Notes under the pieces: generated by a model
What the model saw: the letters and a program-made list of their open reading frames with translations, nothing else
The model's database searches: none
Told to the model about the DNA's origin: nothing
Source of the DNA: Rickettsiales bacterium
Lineage (GTDB): Bacteria > Pseudomonadota > Alphaproteobacteria > Rickettsiales > UBA1997
Direction of reading: 5' to 3'
Assembly (NCBI GenBank): GCA_047627215.1
Contig: JBLHTM010000004.1
Span: 1-40,970, forward strand
DNA length: 40,970 nucleotides
Shown here: positions 36,828 to 40,970 of the stretch, in pieces
How positions within the stretch are numbered: the first letter of the stretch is position 1
How the letters are laid out: each line of letters starts with the position of its first letter
Made by a program: the position numbers and the translations under genes

Positions 36828-37184
36828 TTGATCATTATAATTAATCATTATTCTCAATTTAAATCAACGCTATTATTAGCTTCTCTGGCTTTGGTTGTTT
36901 TGAGTGGGTGCTCCTCCGGAAATGAAAATCAATATCAACAACAATATAATCAGGCTCCCCAAAGACAAAACTACTACGCTCCACAGCAACAAAGGCAAAA
37001 CTACACAAATAGCCCTTACAATTACCAGCAGCCAGACTCAAGACGCTACAGCAATCCATATGCCATGCCCCCACAAAATCAATATCCATATTATGACGGT
37101 GATCAATATTATGTTCCTCCGACTTATTATGGCGTTCCAAACGTCGATAATCCATCAAATCCTTCATTCAACCAAAAATTTTAA
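36828..37184 (+). CDS. Predicted lipoprotein with Q/N/Y/P-rich low-complexity mature region
   Basis: Lipobox LVVLSG-C; the stop overlaps the grxC start (TAATG). TTG start uncertain. Confidence 0.7.
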   Translation: MIIIINHYSQFKSTLLLASLALVVLSGCSSGNENQYQQQYNQAPQRQNYYAPQQQRQNYTNSPYNYQQPDSRRYSNPYAMPPQNQYPYYDGDQYYVPPTYYGVPNVDNPSNPSFNQKF

Positions 37185-37435
37185 TGGCCAATATAATTAT
37201 TTATACCACCGATTATTGTCCTTATTGCGTGAAAGCAAAAATTCTTTTGCAGAAGAAAAAAGTTGAGTTTAAGGAAATCAAAATTTCTGACGACCAAACT
37301 CGTGAAGCAATGATCAAAAAATCCAACGGCAAAAGAACCGTTCCTCAAATCTTCATCAATGATTTTCATGTTGGAGGATCTGACGAACTTCACGATCTTG
37401 ATCGTGCAGGGAAATTGGACGCTCTTTTAAAATAA
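37184..37435 (+). CDS. grxC: Glutaredoxin 3
   Basis: CPYC, TVPQIFI, HVGGSDEL, GKLDALL. Confidence 0.93.
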   Translation: MANIIIYTTDYCPYCVKAKILLQKKKVEFKEIKISDDQTREAMIKKSNGKRTVPQIFINDFHVGGSDELHDLDRAGKLDALLK

Positions 37436-37461
37436 TTTTTTAGATAAATTATTTTTCTCCT

Positions 37462-37490
37462 CTTGTCAAAAAAACAATCACCACTATATC
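37462..37490 (+). promoter_or_regulatory. Possible RpoH (sigma32) promoter of groESL
   Basis: CTTG-N18-CTATAT resembles the alphaproteobacterial heat-shock promoter consensus, about 95 nt before groES. Confidence 0.45.
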
Positions 37491-37585
37491 TCCAGCAAAT
37501 CTCGTGTTTTCCACTTTCTTTTCAAGAAAGCCATCTTTAGGGCACAATGAAAACAAAGACTATTAACTAATAATCAAACAAAAAA

Positions 37586-37873
37586 ATGGCCATTAAAACT
37601 CTACACGACAACATTTTAGTTGAACGAATCGAAGCTGAAACCAAAACCAAAGGCGGAATTATTATTCCTGACACTGCTCAAGAAAAACCATCAGAAGGCG
37701 TGATCATCGCTGTTGGTGAAGGCGCATATGACAATAATGGAAAAAGAATTCCACTCGATGTCAAAATTGGTGATAAAATCCTTTTCAAAAAATGGGGATC
37801 AACTGAAGTAAAGCTTGATGACAAAGAATTGGTCATCATGAAAGAATCTGATGTTTTGGCCATAATCAGCTAA
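37586..37873 (+). CDS. groES: Co-chaperonin GroES
   Basis: [31 protein letters not shown]. Confidence 0.97.
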   Translation: MAIKTLHDNILVERIEAETKTKGGIIIPDTAQEKPSEGVIIAVGEGAYDNNGKRIPLDVKIGDKILFKKWGSTEVKLDDKELVIMKESDVLAIIS

Positions 37874-37910
37874 TCATTAACCCCGCCATTAAATAACTAA
37901 TAACTAATAA

Positions 37911-39566
<1,656 letters not shown>

Positions 39567-39594
39567 ATCCAATATCTACTCAATAAAACAAACT

Positions 39595-39634
39595 AAAAAG
39601 GGTTTGCGCAATATTTGCGCAAACCCTTTTTTTT
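39595..39634 (+). terminator. Intrinsic terminator of groESL
   Basis: AAAAAGGGTTTGCGCAA-tat-TTGCGCAAACCCTTTTTTTT. Confidence 0.85.
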
Positions 39635-39691
39635 GGTTTTCTTAAAAACTTATGTTTCGGTAGCAACTTAACATAAGTTGTTTCGAGCATC

Positions 39692-40094
39692 AAAATTCAC
39701 CACCATGAGTACTGCCATGATTTAACACATCACGCGAGTTACCGTCATGCCGGACATAGATTTTCTTAGGTAGCTTTGCTGCCTTAAAAAATCTTGATCC
39801 GGTACCTCATGAGGAAAAATATCTATCTACAATTCTTGATCAATCTATTCTTTTAAAAAATCCTCAATTCCTGACTCACGAGATCCTCACTTTCGCGAGG
39901 ATGACGATTATTTGAGTGTGGCAATTATGAGGATGACGATTTGGAGTACTAGAGATTGTGAGGGGGTGTAAAAATGGAAAATAAGATGACGATAAATAAA
40001 ATTCCACCACTCAAATTAGGTTATTTTCATCAGGAATATCAAGACCACTTTTTAAGTAGATAATTAATTTACCCACTCATTTTGGAAAAGAGCC
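39692..40094 (+). mobile_element. Repeat family A, copy 6 (right TIR, left end lost)
   Basis: Core plus the full right arm, highly similar to copy 5, ending AATTTACCCACTCATTTTGGAAAAGAGCC. Confidence 0.88.
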
Positions 40095-40164
40095 AGAAAT
40101 TTATTACCATCAATCATAGCTCTTTTGTTTCCTATTTATTGAAATACCTTGTCAGGCTTACTTA

Positions 40165-40970
40165 CTAAACTGCCTCCGCCGCTTTCATCAAGGCCGCTGC
40201 CTTGTTTAAGCATTCTTGATATTCTGACTTGGGAACTGAGTCAAAAACCACCCCAGCTCCCGCCTGAAGATGAATTTTATTGTCTTTTATCAAGGCTGAG
40301 CGAAGAGTGATACAAGTTTCCATGTCTCCATTTCCCGAGAAATATCCGACACACCCAGCGTAAAAACCTCTTTTGCATTTTTCTAATTCCTCAATAATTT
40401 CCATGGCGCGTATTTTTGGTGCGCCGCTAACCGTTCCTGCTGGAAATCCGCTGATCAAGGCATCAAGCGCATCATATTTTTCATCCAAAATTCCATCAAC
40501 ATTTGAGCTGATATGCATGACATGAGAATAATTTTCGACCACCATTTTTTCTGTTAATTCCACCGATCCTGCTTTACAAACTCTGCCGACATCGTGCCTG
40601 CCAAGATCAATTAGCATCAAATGTTCTGCCGTTTCTTTTTCATCACCGAGCAACTCCTTAGCAATTTCTTTATCTTCAGCTTCGTTAGTACCTCTTTTTC
40701 TGGTTCCAGCCAATGGACGAACGGTCATTTTCTGATTTTTCACAGCAACCATGATTTCGGGACTAGATCCAGTCAAACAAAAATCATCAAATTTTACATA
40801 AAACAAAAATGGTGATGGGTTGACTCTGCGCAAAGATCGGTAGAAATCAAAGGCATTATTTTGATCAAACTCACTAGTGAATCGCTGCGAGGGAAGGGCT
40901 TGGAAAATATCGCCATCCTTGATGTATTTTTTAATTTCCTCAACCGTGGAGCAATATTCTTCTTCGCTGA
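40165..40970 (-). CDS. trpE: Anthranilate synthase component I (5' end outside window)
   Basis: Frame open to the window edge (GDIFQALPSQRF); NPSPF, GSSPE, PLAGTRKRG, AEHLMLIDLGR, FPAGTVSGAPKIRAM, QAGAGVV. Confidence 0.92.
   Translation of the reverse strand, partial: SEEEYCSTVEEIKKYIKDGDIFQALPSQRFTSEFDQNNAFDFYRSLRRVNPSPFLFYVKFDDFCLTGSSPEIMVAVKNQKMTVRPLAGTRKRGTNEAEDKEIAKELLGDEKETAEHLMLIDLGRHDVGRVCKAGSVELTEKMVVENYSHVMHISSNVDGILDEKYDALDALISGFPAGTVSGAPKIRAMEIIEELEKCKRGFYAGCVGYFSGNGDMETCITLRSALIKDNKIHLQAGAGVVFDSVPKSEYQECLNKAAALMKAAEAV

Noticed and set aside
37436-37585. CIRCE element before groES
   Set aside because: No TTAGCACTC-N9-GAGTGCTAA is present.
39648-39690. Imperfect hairpin (CAACTTA-aca-TAAGTTG core) as the left TIR of copy 6
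   Set aside because: No similarity to the family TIR and single occurrence; it cannot be assigned.

Overview
AT-rich bacterial chromosome segment. Protein sequences and gene content suggest an alphaproteobacterium, probably Rickettsiales-like but retaining biosynthetic genes (inference). Housekeeping genes: hemH, argC, gatC, ruvX, tilS, dapB, mscS, lpdA, pstB, a C-terminal-half carB, recJ, icd, ribD, grxC, groES/groEL, trpE. Accessory modules: (i) an ABC/HlyD/TolC exporter whose ABC subunit has lost its ATPase motifs, convergent on a GNAT-nitrilase fusion; (ii) a light-repair cluster with an FeS (6-4) photolyase, a photolyase split over two genes in reversed domain order, and a small DUF2256-like gene missing from the ORF track; (iii) a DUF1016/YhcG N-domain fused to a staphylococcal-nuclease domain, between an MFS gene and a decayed paralog of it. 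The strongest non-coding signal is a dispersed repeat with six copies. It is a roughly 400-480 bp non-autonomous element with ISL3-like terminal inverted repeats, a perfect 8-bp target-site duplication in one copy, nested GTCA-type hairpins with compensatory changes and variable short tandem zones. It overlaps the stop codons of hemH and tilS. A separate 164-bp palindromic element and a GTAG-type REP doublet are also present. No rRNA, tRNA, CRISPR array or transposase gene was seen.
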